From NCBI GenBank assembly GCA_037447605.1, contig CM074818.1, positions 818,617 to 882,616 on the forward strand: a stretch of DNA of 64,000 nucleotides, written 5' to 3'. Origin of the DNA: Zygnema circumcarinatum SAG 698-1b (Eukaryota > Plantae > Zygnematophyceae). Below the pieces are notes generated by a model. It was given only the letters and a program-made list of their open reading frames with translations. It was not told where the DNA came from and did no database searches. The position numbers and the translations under genes were made by a program. Numbering within the stretch: position 1 is the first letter of the stretch; each line of letters begins with the position of its first letter. Shown here in pieces: positions 48,927 to 60,545 of this stretch.

Positions 48927-51204
48927 ATGGTGCCACGTGTCGTGGTGGCATTGGCGGTGGTGCTCTTGGTCGTGAGGGGCCTCGGAGGGCGAGTGCCGAC
49001 GGGCGACCAATTGGATCGGTGAGGTTTTTGGGTGCCTTTGAGGGGGGGAGGAGGGCTGCGATGTGAAGGGAGAGGGAGAGGGAGGGGGAGAGGGAGAGGG
49101 AGCATAAATCATTTGAATCTGGTGAACCTGGAAGGTGGGGGCGAGGGAGGGTGAGAGGCAGGGAAGAGAGGAGAGGGGGTGGAGTTGGGAGTGGTAGTGA
49201 AAGTGAGGCATAGGGAGAAAGGAAGGAAAAGAGACAGAGGGAGGATTTTGATAAAGAGTAGAAAAGAGAAGAAATACAGAGAGAGAGAAGGGGAGGAGAG
49301 AGATAGGGAGACGACAGAGAGGATGGAGAGAGAGAGAGGGGGTTGAGAGCGGGCGGAAAGAAAAAGGTGGGAGAGAAAGTGGAAGAGATCGCATTGGACA
49401 ACTTCAGGAGTTTATTTCTCATGTTATCTATGTACGTAATATATTTGAAAATATATTTTCTCTGGTTTGCATCCATGAGCCAGCTACTTTTTAAACCAGA
49501 GTGAGCCAGCAACTCGGTGAAAGAAACTTTCAAAGCTTGCTATCCAAGTTTCTATACGCCACATTCCATTTGTAGATTCGTAGATTAGGAATGGATTTCT
49601 TACTCCCTCTCGCTCTTGCCCTCCCTCCCCGCTCTCCTTCCCCGTCCTCCCTCACTTCCCCACTCCACCCCTCCCCACTGCCCCTCGCTCGGCTTGCCCC
49701 GCTTCCCTTCGCCTCTCTCATCTCCCTCTTGCTCTCCCCCACTCCCTCTCACCTCCTTCTCACCTCCCTCTCCCTCTCTCCTCCCTCTCTCACTCCCTCT
49801 TTCATCCCGCTCTTTCTCTCCATCTCGACCTCGCTTGCCCTCTTCCTCTCCCTCCCCTTTCCCCTACCCCTCCACCTCCCTCATTCTCTCCTTGTCCTTC
49901 TCCCTTTCCCCTACCATTTCCCCTCTCTCTCTCTCCCACTCCCCCTGCCTCCACCTCCATCTTGCCTCCTTCCCTCCCTCTCCCTCTCTCGTTTCCCACT
50001 CCCTCTTCCTTTTCCCTCTCTCCCTGTCGTTTTCCCCCTCTCTCTCTCTCACTCTCCCTCTCTCTGTCATTCTCCCTCTCACTCTCGCTTTCCCACTTCC
50101 TCCCTGTCTCCCCCTCGCATACCCATCCCCCTTCCTGCCCCTCTGCCCCTCCCTCTCCTCTATCCCTCGCTCTCGCTCTCGCTCTCCCTCTCACTTATCC
50201 TTCTCCACCCTCTCTCTCGCTTTCCCTCTCCCCCTCCAACTACCCCTTCCCCCTCCCGCTCCCTTCCCCCTCTCTCTGCCTCTCTCTCTCCCTCGCCCTC
50301 ATTAATTGAGTTGTGGTTTCTCTACTTCCTTGTTCACCCTCTCTGCCTTTTCAGGCCCACTGTGCGCAAACTTGCACTTTTTAAAAGTGTCTCATCGCCA
50401 GAGGCAGTTCCCGGAATCGGTACATCTCAGATCTTTGACTAAATCATGCCATGCTTTCAGTTACGCTTCTTGTCTCGCATTGAACCATTCGATTTTTATG
50501 AATGCTATTTACGAAATTTAATCATTAACATTTCTCAAAGTTCTTCAACAGTGAAACAGTGGCCCAAAACGGAGGGCTACCCTTCATGGAACCGCACAAC
50601 GCCGCCGGAAACAGGCAGCTGCGAAACCGTTTGGGGCAACGGATTTTCCGAATTCATCGCCGTACATGGAACGCCTAAGAAATCCTCTTATCCATCTTAC
50701 TCTTCCTCCTCCCACACCCCCATACAAGAAGAAAAGCCCATTACATGGGAACTTTCCGACCCAAAAAACATCAACGAAGGGAGAAAAGATAATGCTCGAT
50801 CTACTGAAGCCGAAAATGTGAGTGATAGCTCCAAAGTAGAGGTAGCCCCAGGGTGGATAGAATGTAGGAGAAACCCTACTTTGAGGACATCTATATGTGA
50901 AGGGCATGGCATGGTGATGCATCCCCACATGGTAGCCATGGCCATGGGGGGAGAGGAGGTAGAGGCAGTCTTGGGGAGGACAGATGAGGAGGAGTGGCCC
51001 GAGATAGTTCCTGGAAGCTTCCAGGTCATGGGAGGAGGAAGAGGAAGAGGAGAGGGAGAGGGAGAGGGAGAGAGGGAGCTCGTATCGGCGGAGATGAGAG
51101 ACCGGCTTTATCCTTCCGCTGTCAATGGGAAGAAGAGAATAGCGTTCTGGCAACACCTTCTGGGGGGGCTGCAGGAGACTCCTTCAGTGACATGTGCAAC
51201 GGTA

Positions 51205-51274
<70 letters not shown>

Positions 51275-53251
51275 ACTGCCTGCCTCTCTTCCTCTCTCCC
51301 ACTGTCTCTTTCTCTCTTTCCATCTCTCTCTTTCTCCCTCTATCCCCCCTTTCCCTTCTCACCTCTCGACCTCTGTGTCGTCATTGCCACCCTAAGGCTT
51401 TGCCTCTTTCGCTCTTCTTCACTTTCTCTGTGTCCCTGTCGGTTACCTTCCACGCTCTTTCCCTCTCGTCCTCCTTCCCCTCTCCCTTCTTCTCCCAGAA
51501 GCCCCCATCGCTCCCCCTTCCCCCTCTCTCTCTCCTTCCTCCCTCCCTTCCCCGTCTCCCTCCCACTCCCTCTCCTCCTCCCACTCCCACAGTCCCAGAA
51601 GCCCTGAACCGTGTCTCTCCCTCTCCCTCTCCGTCTCCCTCTCCCTCTCCCTCTCCCTCTCCCTCTCCGTCTCCCTCTCCCTCTCCCTCTCCCTCTCCCT
51701 CTCCCTCTCCCTCTCCCAGGTGTTCCCTGACCCCGTCCTCCTCGTGTCTCGCTTCGAGTACGTGAACGTGTACCACACTCTCACCGATTGGGAGGCCGCC
51801 CTCCGCACCGCCAAACTGCTCGCCCTCCCCCGCCCGCCCGGACTGCTCCTCCTCGACGGCCACGCCAAGGTAAGGGGGGGGTTAACCATGGCGGTGGTTA
51901 ACCATTTGGTTGGTCATCATTGACTTGACTCGGCTTTATGACTATGTATGACTCGTCACAGTAACATCATAAACCCTAAAAACCACCAAACTTACCAAAG
52001 CTCTGAAACAACAACAACACTCACCGTCCCTTAAGCTTGTAACCTTCCTGCCCTCCCCTCCTCCTTTTAACCTTCCACCCACCTTCCCTTTGACATTAAA
52101 TCTTTAACTCTTAATCCTGAACCCCCCCCCCCCCCCCCCCNNNNNNNNNNCCCCCCCCCCCCCCCCCCCCCCCCCCCTCTTCTAATTTCCCCTCTTCTGT
52201 GCAGGGTGTGCTTGACCCGACTTGGCACACCCTATTCAATGGAGTTCACTTTGCAAAGCATCTCCCCGGGCCGGTCTGCTTCCATCACCTTATTATGGTC
52301 CCCTTCGGCTACTCTTCGCCCATTTTTCAAACGCACAAAAAGTGGTTGGGACCGCTCATTGAATGTAAAGCGGGGATTACTGAAACGGAACGGAAACAGA
52401 AACTGAAAAGGAACGCTGTCACGCTGTGGCGCAGCCACGTGTCGACTAAAGAGAGGTGGGAAACTTCGAGGTCGTTGGAGTTGACGGAAACCTTTGTTCG
52501 CTCTTTTGGGATCGACAAGGAGGGTCCCTCGTATCGAGATATGTTCGATAAGTGGACTGTGAAAGGGATGAGAGGGGTGAGGGAGATGAGTCTCCCGCTA
52601 CAAGCAGGTTCTATGCGAATTCTGTTCGTTCGGCGAGAGTATTTTTTGGCTCATCCAAGAAGTAAAAATGGGCCTGTTTCGAGAATTAATGAAGAGAGTC
52701 TTTACGAGGCTTTGAAGGAGTGGGCGAGAGAGAGAGCGGGTGTGGTAGACTTTAAGGAGTTGGAGGAGGAGGAGATAAGAACGAGGGACCCCAGAGCGCT
52801 CGCGAGAGCTGTGAGAGAGGGAGAGAGAGAGAGCGTGGGAGGGAGGCAGGGAGGAGAGAGCATGGAGGAGGGCAGCAGCAGGAGACAGCTTCTGAGAGAG
52901 AGAAAAGAAGCGAGTAAGAGAGTTTCAGGAGCAGGTGGGAGAGGTGAACCACGAGCCTATGTTATCAATGGTAATCTCGCTCACATGCCTTTCTATGAGC
53001 AGGTGGAGATGGCCTACAGGGTCGATGTATGGCTGGGCGTACATGGAGCAGGTTTGACTCACTTACAGTTCTGTCGGCCCGGAACGCATGTAATTGAGAT
53101 TCAAGCAGGGCCCAAAGACACTCAATATGAGCTCTTAGCTCGAGTGAGGGGGCTGCCCTACCATAGGGTTGTGACAAGGAAGGAAGTGGAGGCATGGAAA
53201 GTGCTCGACTTGTTGGAAAAAATAGCAGGGAATGCATTTGGGCGGTCGTGA
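48927..53251 (+). CDS. XYLT: Beta-1,2-xylosyltransferase (GT61); exons about 48927-49018, 50355-50419, 50552-51201, 51720-51869, 52206-53251
   Basis: N-terminal signal anchor, KQWP...[61 protein letters not shown] and [10 protein letters not shown], as in plant XYLT. Confidence 0.9.
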
Positions 53252-56024
53252 GTTCGAGTCTTGGGGTGGTCGGAATTTCGTACATTGTTGCGGTTGGTGG
53301 CTCGCCCTCTCTCAAGCTCTGTGTAATGATAGCATGACTCGAGTTTTTGGTTTTGAAGGCGGGGGGGGAGAGAGGGAGAGAGTGAGTGAGTCAAGGGTGT
53401 GACAGTTGTAGATGTACAAAAGTGCTTGGGAGTAAAGGGAAGAGGGGCATGGATGTCACGATGGCGATGATGCCATCAAATGTACATGCGATAAGCAGCA
53501 TGGGGAACCACGAGGGACTGGTCGCAAAAAAACTTTGTGACTATGTGATTCATACTCCATGATCTATCCTTTGGGTCCAAGTTTTTGGATGCTCAATCGC
53601 GCGCATCGCAGCCGTCCATTAGCACGTCACATAGCGTTCGATTACCAACGAACAATTAGGGTTTTGTAACTTGTATTTGGGCGAACAGGATTGGTTGGTT
53701 CGTACTGTGTAACATGGGAGTTTGTGGGGGAGGGGGGGTCGATGTTGATCAAGGATTGCTATCTCATCAGCTTCAAGGCTGGTTTGTTCAAGCACATTGT
53801 ACTTTGTCCTATCTTGCTTCTGTCTATTCTACTACATATTAAGACTTTCAATTGGTTATGAGGGTTACTCATAATCACAGAGCTGCGATATGAATTGCAT
53901 TCCGAGCTGTCAGACCGTTGGATGACCGATCAGAATGGTGGCGAACCATTGATTCGCAACCCGTTGTCAAATGTTGCAACCATTGGCTTCAAATGGGAAC
54001 CAACCATTGGCCCTTCCAGCCACTACCATCCAACGGCTGTCCAATGGTTGCCGATCCCACGGTTTAAGAAGTGCACTGCTCGCTTTCACACGTAGAACAG
54101 GTGCGTAAATGGACTGGTGTCAGTAAAACAAGCTCGCTCACGGCGCTACGCGACACGACATCGCTCGTGTGCATCAGCTTCGAAGGTCCCAACTTGTTGG
54201 ACAATGTTGATATTGCTGCGCAGCTCTAGGGACGTGTGCCCAATGTTGTACAGTGTTCGGCTGTACTCCATGTTTGCATGTTCAAGAGGTGGACTGTTGC
54301 ATAGGACTAGGTCTACTTAATCGAGGTCGTAGGTTTACGTTTGTACGGACGATGTGCACGTGGAGCCATGTGATTGGTTTGAAACTCACGTCGCGACAAA
54401 ACATTTTCCACTGGACTTTAGCGAGCGCGCACTTGCGGAGATGCGACGCAGGATTCAGCGACACGTGGCGAGACGTGGACGCCACCACGTCACGTCCACG
54501 ACGTCGACGACGTCCGACGTCGTTTCGTCGTCACGTCACGTCCGTCGTCTTGTCACGTTGGACGTACAAGTACGGACCGCAACTGGATCGGAACTGTGCC
54601 ACGGGCACGCTTAACTGCGGATTCATGTGCAGTGAATCTAAGGCCCAAACGAGTACAGTACTGTACTGTACTCCGAAATGACAAACGATTGTCGTAATCC
54701 AGACGACACATCGGCAGGCCTCTTCTGTTTCTTTCGGCTTAAGATAGGGGACTGTCCCCTAACTTGGTTTTGTAAAAACACGTAAATATGGATTGTACGG
54801 ACGAAACCGTGCACGTACGGACGAGAATTTTGTGGAGATCTTGCTTCATCATTTCCCAACACTGCTACCGTCGAGTCTGATTTTTCAGTAATTGGATGGG
54901 AGAAAGACGAGTTTCGAAAGAGGTTGACAGACTTTTCATTGGAAGGCATTCTTCACTGCAAACAGTTTGATAGTTTGACCGCTCTTCGAGGGTCTCTTTG
55001 AGTAGTTTGCATCACTTCTATAGCTGTCTTGTTCAGCCTAAAACTCCTAAGGGAGTGGGACCATTTTTCATTTCATTTCTAATTTTAGTTCCTATTTCAG
55101 TTTTTCTTTTGTGACTACACCTAGAATTTCAGAGGTTATGATTTGGAATAGAGTTTTCGTGAGGAAATTTCAAGACTATGATGGATTCTAAAGTGATATT
55201 TGGAGTAATTAATGATGGATGGAAAAGGAAATAGAGAGCTTAGGATTGGATCTACAAAGTTTCAGTGCAATTGGGTTTTTGAATAAGCAACTATATGTTG
55301 TGATTGCCAAATGCACAGTTGTTCTAATAGATTGGTAAAATTTACCAATCTATAAGAGTCGAAAAGGTTGCACCAGTTTCTAAAGCCGTGTTGTTATACC
55401 AACAAGTAAAGTTCATATACATCATTGTTATCGTGGTTGCAAATGCAATTCATTTCCTTTTTGTTTTTAACCAAAAAAATGTTTTTTTGGGGCTTGTGTG
55501 GTATTTAAGTTGAAATCACGTAAACTAATCTCAAAATCTTACATAAATAAGCTATTTACGATATTTAGGGGATCTCCCCTATTTGAAGAGGCCTGACATC
55601 GCACGTTCAGTTTACCGGCGTTGACTGGATTGATCGGGCTTGACCGGGGTTGACGGCGTTGACTCTTTGACAGCCCCGCGAGGCAGGTCGTCGTGTGCGA
55701 CGCGTTACCGCCTTACCGGTACCTTCAGGGAAGCGTTTTGTCCACGTAGCTGCCAAGTAAAGTCAACCGACCAATCGCATGACGCCACCTGTCCATCGAG
55801 CTCACCTCGGCGACGCGCGCGCTGTTGAGGCCACGTGGTAGTCCAGCTGGACGGTCAACGCCTCTCTCGCCTCCTCTATTCTCCCTTTTTCCCTCCTCCC
55901 TCTCCCTCCCTCTCCTTCCCCCTTTCCGCCTCGCTTCCTCTCTCCCCCTCCCCCTCCCACCCTCCCACATTTCCCTCCCACATTCCCACTTCCCTCTCCC
56001 TCCCTCCCTCCCTCTCTCCCCCAA

Positions 56025-57722
56025 ATGGGCGGCTCCCTGAGTGGCCAGAAGCTCGCCGAAGTCCACGACGCGAAGGACCTCCAGTTCGCCGTCGACCCCC
56101 TCCCACGTGCGGTCCACCAGCCCAAGCCCCCGCGTGTGGGCCCCACCCCCGCCCCTCCCCCTCCCCTTCCCCCTCCCACCGCCGCCGTCATCTTCCTCCA
56201 CGGCCTCGGGGACACCCCCGAGGGCGACTACGCCAAGGAGTTCCGGCGCCACGTGGCGCCCAATCCGGGCTCGGGGCACATCAAATGGCTGGCCCCCGCG
56301 GCTCCGAGGCAGCCTGTGACCGGCCATGGCGGGCAGGTGCTCCCGTCATGGTTCGACATTCTGGAGTTTCCCATTCGCGTGGAGGGGCGGAGGAGCCGTT
56401 CGCAGGATGTGATGGCGGCGGTGAAGGGAGTGCACGCTCTCATAGAGAGCTGCGAGGCGGAGGGCATCGACTCAAGGCGAGTTCTCCTTGTGGGGCTCAG
56501 TCAGGGCGGGGCCACCGCGCTCGTCAGCGCTCTCACGTACCCTAAGCCTCTCGCAGGCTTAGCGGTTCTATGGGGGTGGAATCCGTTGCGGGACAAGGCA
56601 CTGGAGCGGGCGATCCATGCGCAAGCGCGGAGCCTGAAGATGATTTGGAGCCATGGAATGGCGGACCCTGTTGTGAAGTATAACAATGCAGTGGCAAGTG
56701 TGAGATTGTTAGAGCGGCTCGGGGTCGCATGTGAGCTCCACAGCTATCCTGAGGAGGCGCATCGCCCGCACAAGCAGGAGTTTGCCATGCTCAGCATGTG
56801 GGCTCGCGAACGGATTCCGCCCATAGAACCCAAGTATTGGGCCAGCCAGCGTCTGCAGGAGGAGCAGAGAGAGGGCTTTCAGAAGAGGGAGACCGACGGG
56901 TGGGAGTCATCTTCGAGCGACGAGGATTCAAAGAAGCCTACCGCGGCTATAATATGGCTGCATTCGATTGGGGAAAAGGCTTGGGGAGGCGTCTCTTCAA
57001 ACTTCAACCTGCATATCATGAATCTTGGAGGAGGCATGGAGCATGTGAAGTGGGTAGCGCCCAGTGCCCCAGTGCAGGCGGTCACATGCGACTCCGCCGT
57101 AGAAATGCCCTCGTGGTTTGACTTTTGGGAGGTTCCTGTGAAGGTCACATCACCGAAAAGTCGCAAAGAAGACGTGTTCAGAGCAGTGAAAATAATTCAC
57201 TCTCTGATTGACAAATGTGAAGAGAAGGGAATCAGCTCAAGGCGAGTCGTCCTTGTGGGAGTTGGTCAGGGCGGGGCGGCAGCCCTAGTCAGCGCGGTTA
57301 CATGTGAGAAGCCGCTCGGCGGAGCAGCTGTTCTATGGGGATGGAATCCGTTGGAGAGACGGGAGCTTATGGAAGCTGCTAAAGGGAGGGCCAAGGGGCT
57401 GGAGGTCCTTTGGAGCCATGGAATGGCTGACGCTGTTGTGGAGTACGAGAACGCAGGAGAAGGGTGCCTGACTTTGAAAGAAGTGGGCGCCAACGTTGAG
57501 CTTGTTGGGTATGAGCATGAAACGCATAATCCCCATCGAGCGGAGATGGAGGTGTTGCGGCTTTGGCTGAAGCGACAACTTCCTGAAGTAGGGAAGGAAA
57601 CCACGAGGAAAAACTCGAGGGAGGAGGGGCCCTTGAGTGCCATCAAGAAAGCTTGGTGTATGGGCAGGGATAGTGCTATGTATAGGAGTGTAGAGAGCAG
57701 GCGAGGAATGAGCGTGGAGTGA
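56025..57722 (+). CDS. Intronless protein with two tandem phospholipase/carboxylesterase (acyl-protein thioesterase, SOBER1/TIPSY1-like) domains
   Basis: 565-aa ORF. Domain 1: FLHGLGD, PSWFDI, GLSQGG, HGMADPVV, EAH. Domain 2: WLHSIGE, MPSWFDF, GVGQGG, HGMADAVV, ETH. Confidence 0.9.
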   Translation: MGGSLSGQKLAEVHDAKDLQFAVDPLPRAVHQPKPPRVGPTPAPPPPLPPPTAAVIFLHGLGDTPEGDYAKEFRRHVAPNPGSGHIKWLAPAAPRQPVTGHGGQVLPSWFDILEFPIRVEGRRSRSQDVMAAVKGVHALIESCEAEGIDSRRVLLVGLSQGGATALVSALTYPKPLAGLAVLWGWNPLRDKALERAIHAQARSLKMIWSHGMADPVVKYNNAVASVRLLERLGVACELHSYPEEAHRPHKQEFAMLSMWARERIPPIEPKYWASQRLQEEQREGFQKRETDGWESSSSDEDSKKPTAAIIWLHSIGEKAWGGVSSNFNLHIMNLGGGMEHVKWVAPSAPVQAVTCDSAVEMPSWFDFWEVPVKVTSPKSRKEDVFRAVKIIHSLIDKCEEKGISSRRVVLVGVGQGGAAALVSAVTCEKPLGGAAVLWGWNPLERRELMEAAKGRAKGLEVLWSHGMADAVVEYENAGEGCLTLKEVGANVELVGYEHETHNPHRAEMEVLRLWLKRQLPEVGKETTRKNSREEGPLSAIKKAWCMGRDSAMYRSVESRRGMSVE

Positions 57723-59179
57723 GCGTTCTTGCACGATCATGGCCGGCCAAGTCATAAGCAGATCCGGGCTTACGGTTTAGCATTGTCTTATTCTTCTCTT
57801 AGTAGGGGAAGGCGATGGGATATGGGCCACCTGGTTTATAAGTGGAGGGAATTTCGGTCTCTGTGATCGCATGTAGACATTGTTTCGTTTCTACAAAATA
57901 AATTCAAAATGACCGTCGTTTCAATGTAAACGATACTCGTGTTGTGCTATGAGCCACCACTCGCACATTGCATTGAAATGATGATGATGGTGATGATGAC
58001 CACATGATCATGTTGTTGCTGTTGTTGTTGCATGTCATGTTGTTGTTGATGCCAAGTACGATGGAGCCCGCACATGTCCATCAAACAGGGAAAGAAAACG
58101 AAAAAAACAGTTATGAGGATGTGAGGTTTTAGAATGAAGAGTTTCGGGTTTAGGGTAGAAGGGTTGATGGTTTAGGGTTAAGGGTTCGGGTTGGAGTATG
58201 GGGGCTAGCCTTTGGTGGTTTAGGGCTTAGGAATAGGCTCTAGGGTATAGATTTGGATTTCGAATTGAGGGAGTCAGGCTTGGAAGCCAGGGTTTTGTTG
58301 GAGATGCATCCACGGATCTCCCTCGTGCCGTGTCTCCTCCACCTCATTCTCCAGTCTCAGACATCTCAGACATCAGTGAAGCTCAACAGATTGGAGACAT
58401 CACCGGCGTGCAAGGGCCAGATCGTCGGTGAAGGGGACACCGTGCCCCTTCACCGTTTCCAGTCCCCTCCTACGGCCCTTAGCCGTTTCCGGCTGCCGTC
58501 TGGGCCGCGGCCGCGCAGCCGTCCTCACTGCCGTCCGCGCTCCCGTCCGAGCGCCTGCTCAAACTTGTCCCGCGTCCGTACATCGTTTCGTCACGTCACG
58601 GTCCCGGAACTTGTCACGTCCCGTGCTGTCGCGAACCAGCCTTGTCGCTTCAAGTGCCGCGCCCTGTCCTTTGACTTCTAGGGAGTCTATGTCCCAACAA
58701 CGTTGTACAGTCTCTAGTGCCGTACAACATTCCCCCTCTTGGGGCCTAGGCTCTGAAACAGGAGGAGATTGTTCCTCCACATGATTGGCCGTTGACTCCC
58801 TCCGTTCAGCATATCGGGACCTCCGGGTCTGTCGCAAGGGTCTCCAGACCGCTGTACGACAAGTGTCCAAGGCGGCGGTGAAGCTGGAATCCAAAACTCG
58901 CCTGAGTGCGATCACGCGTGCCCTCCAGGGTCGTGTGATGGCCCCTCCTGGTCACGTCACGGCATGCAGGACCGGCGCGCTTTGCAAGAGCGCTGGCGCC
59001 GTCCGATGCCGTGTGGTCGCGCGGGCCGTCCGTGGCAGGCGCCACTTCGGGCCGCTGCGCTGTCGGTAGCGCGCGCAGTTCCACCGCCTTCGCCCGTGCC
59101 GTCCTCGGCACGTGCGGCTGCTACTGACTCACGTATCGCTGGTCGCCAGTCTTAGTGAAAGCCGCCCCTCTGAGTCCCT

Positions 59180-59470
59180 CTATACAAAAGCATTTTCTGG
59201 CCTTCCTATGCACTATTTTGCAGATGTTCTGCCTGAAATTCCCCTCGTATCCACTCTCGCAGATTTGGCTAACCGAAAATAAGTTGTTTTTAAGGGTTGG
59301 GGTGTGCAAGACACTACCGATTCTGATCTGGGAAGCTGTCCCTTCTCCAATGGGCGACAGCTGGACGATGCCTCCTTGTGTGACGGCAACGTGGTCTCCG
59401 GTTGCTGAAATCACTGAGCGTGACTCATCCAACAACTGCATTTCTGCGAAAAGAGACTTGTCTTATGGTA
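59180..59470 (-). mobile_element. Ty1/Copia pol fragment (protease / beta-barrel region)
   Basis: DKSLF...GDHVAVTQGGIVQL...VLHTPTLKNNLFSVSQICESGY..NF...C, matching the Copia VL.VP.L..NL.SVSQL motif. Confidence 0.75.
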
Positions 59471-60099
59471 CAATACTATATAGAGTTTAGGGCTTAGGAA
59501 TTTGATTGCTCATTATTTTGTCTGAGGAGTGGGAGAGGCGGAGGGGGAGAGGGAGAGGAAGAGGGAGAGGGAGAGGGAGAGGGAGAGGGAGAGGGAGAGG
59601 GAGTGGGAAAACGGCAGGAGGGAGGGAGGGAGAGCGGGAGGCGAGTGGACGCAGCTGTACGGAACCGAAAGTGCAGTACGGCAACGTATATACGATACAG
59701 CGATACGGTAATATTCCGATATTACGATACGATGATATGAAGATATATGCGATGATGTTGCCATGCCGATTTGGTATCGATATATGAATCGCAAAAAATA
59801 TCGTATCGTACTGGGTTGGCGATATGTCACGAGGTCAGCGGTCGTGCTGTGCGGTGTGCGCGTACCGCAATGTGGCCGAACTGTGGCGTGCGCCGTCGCG
59901 GTAAGGGCACTGCCCTACGCTAGACGCACCCCCTCGAGTACCTTCACTCGCTTGAGGGCTCGTTATGTGGGCACCAATTCGGCAAACGGAGGTTCTATGC
60001 AGGACTGATGCCGTTAAGGAGGAGCCTCTCTCTCTCTCACTCACTCTCTCTCTCACTCTCTCTCACTCTCTCTCCGGGGAGGTCTCTTCTGGAAAGTGG

Positions 60100-60545
60100 A
60101 CCCAGAAGCTGATGCGAGCACAGGAAACATCGCAGAACTGTTTGATCGATTGGGGTCCTTGAATCTCTCCGCCTGCATGCATGGCTCTGGTGCGGCCTTG
60201 CGATCCGAATGGAGTAAGAAGGCGATTTAAGGAAATGAATGAATACATTCGTGAGTTCCTGAGAAGTGAAGTTGAGAGGCATAGGGAGGGAGGGAGGGAG
60301 GGAGGGAGGGAAAAGGTTTTAGCAGTCGCACAGGACTTCTGCGATGCATTGCTGATGTCAGCGAGGGAACATGAAGTGGGGCAGATAGGGAAGGTAGGAA
60401 TTCTCGAAGGTGTGATTCTGGCGGGTGCGAGCACCAGCTCACTCGGTCACTGTGGAGGGGGCAGTGGTGGAGCTGCTGAGGAAGCCCCAAATGGTGGCTC
60501 GGGGGCAGGAGGAGGTGAAGCAGGCCTTTGAGGCACGAGATAAAA
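60100..60545 (+). pseudogene. Cytochrome P450 (CYP71-clan-like) fragment with two frameshifts
   Basis: ELFDRLGSLNLS / RPCDPNGVRRRFKE...DFCDALL...VILAGASTSS / VTVEGAVVELLRKPQMVARGQEEV (F-J helices, AGxxT motif) lie in three frames; no K-helix or heme motif follows. Confidence 0.7.
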
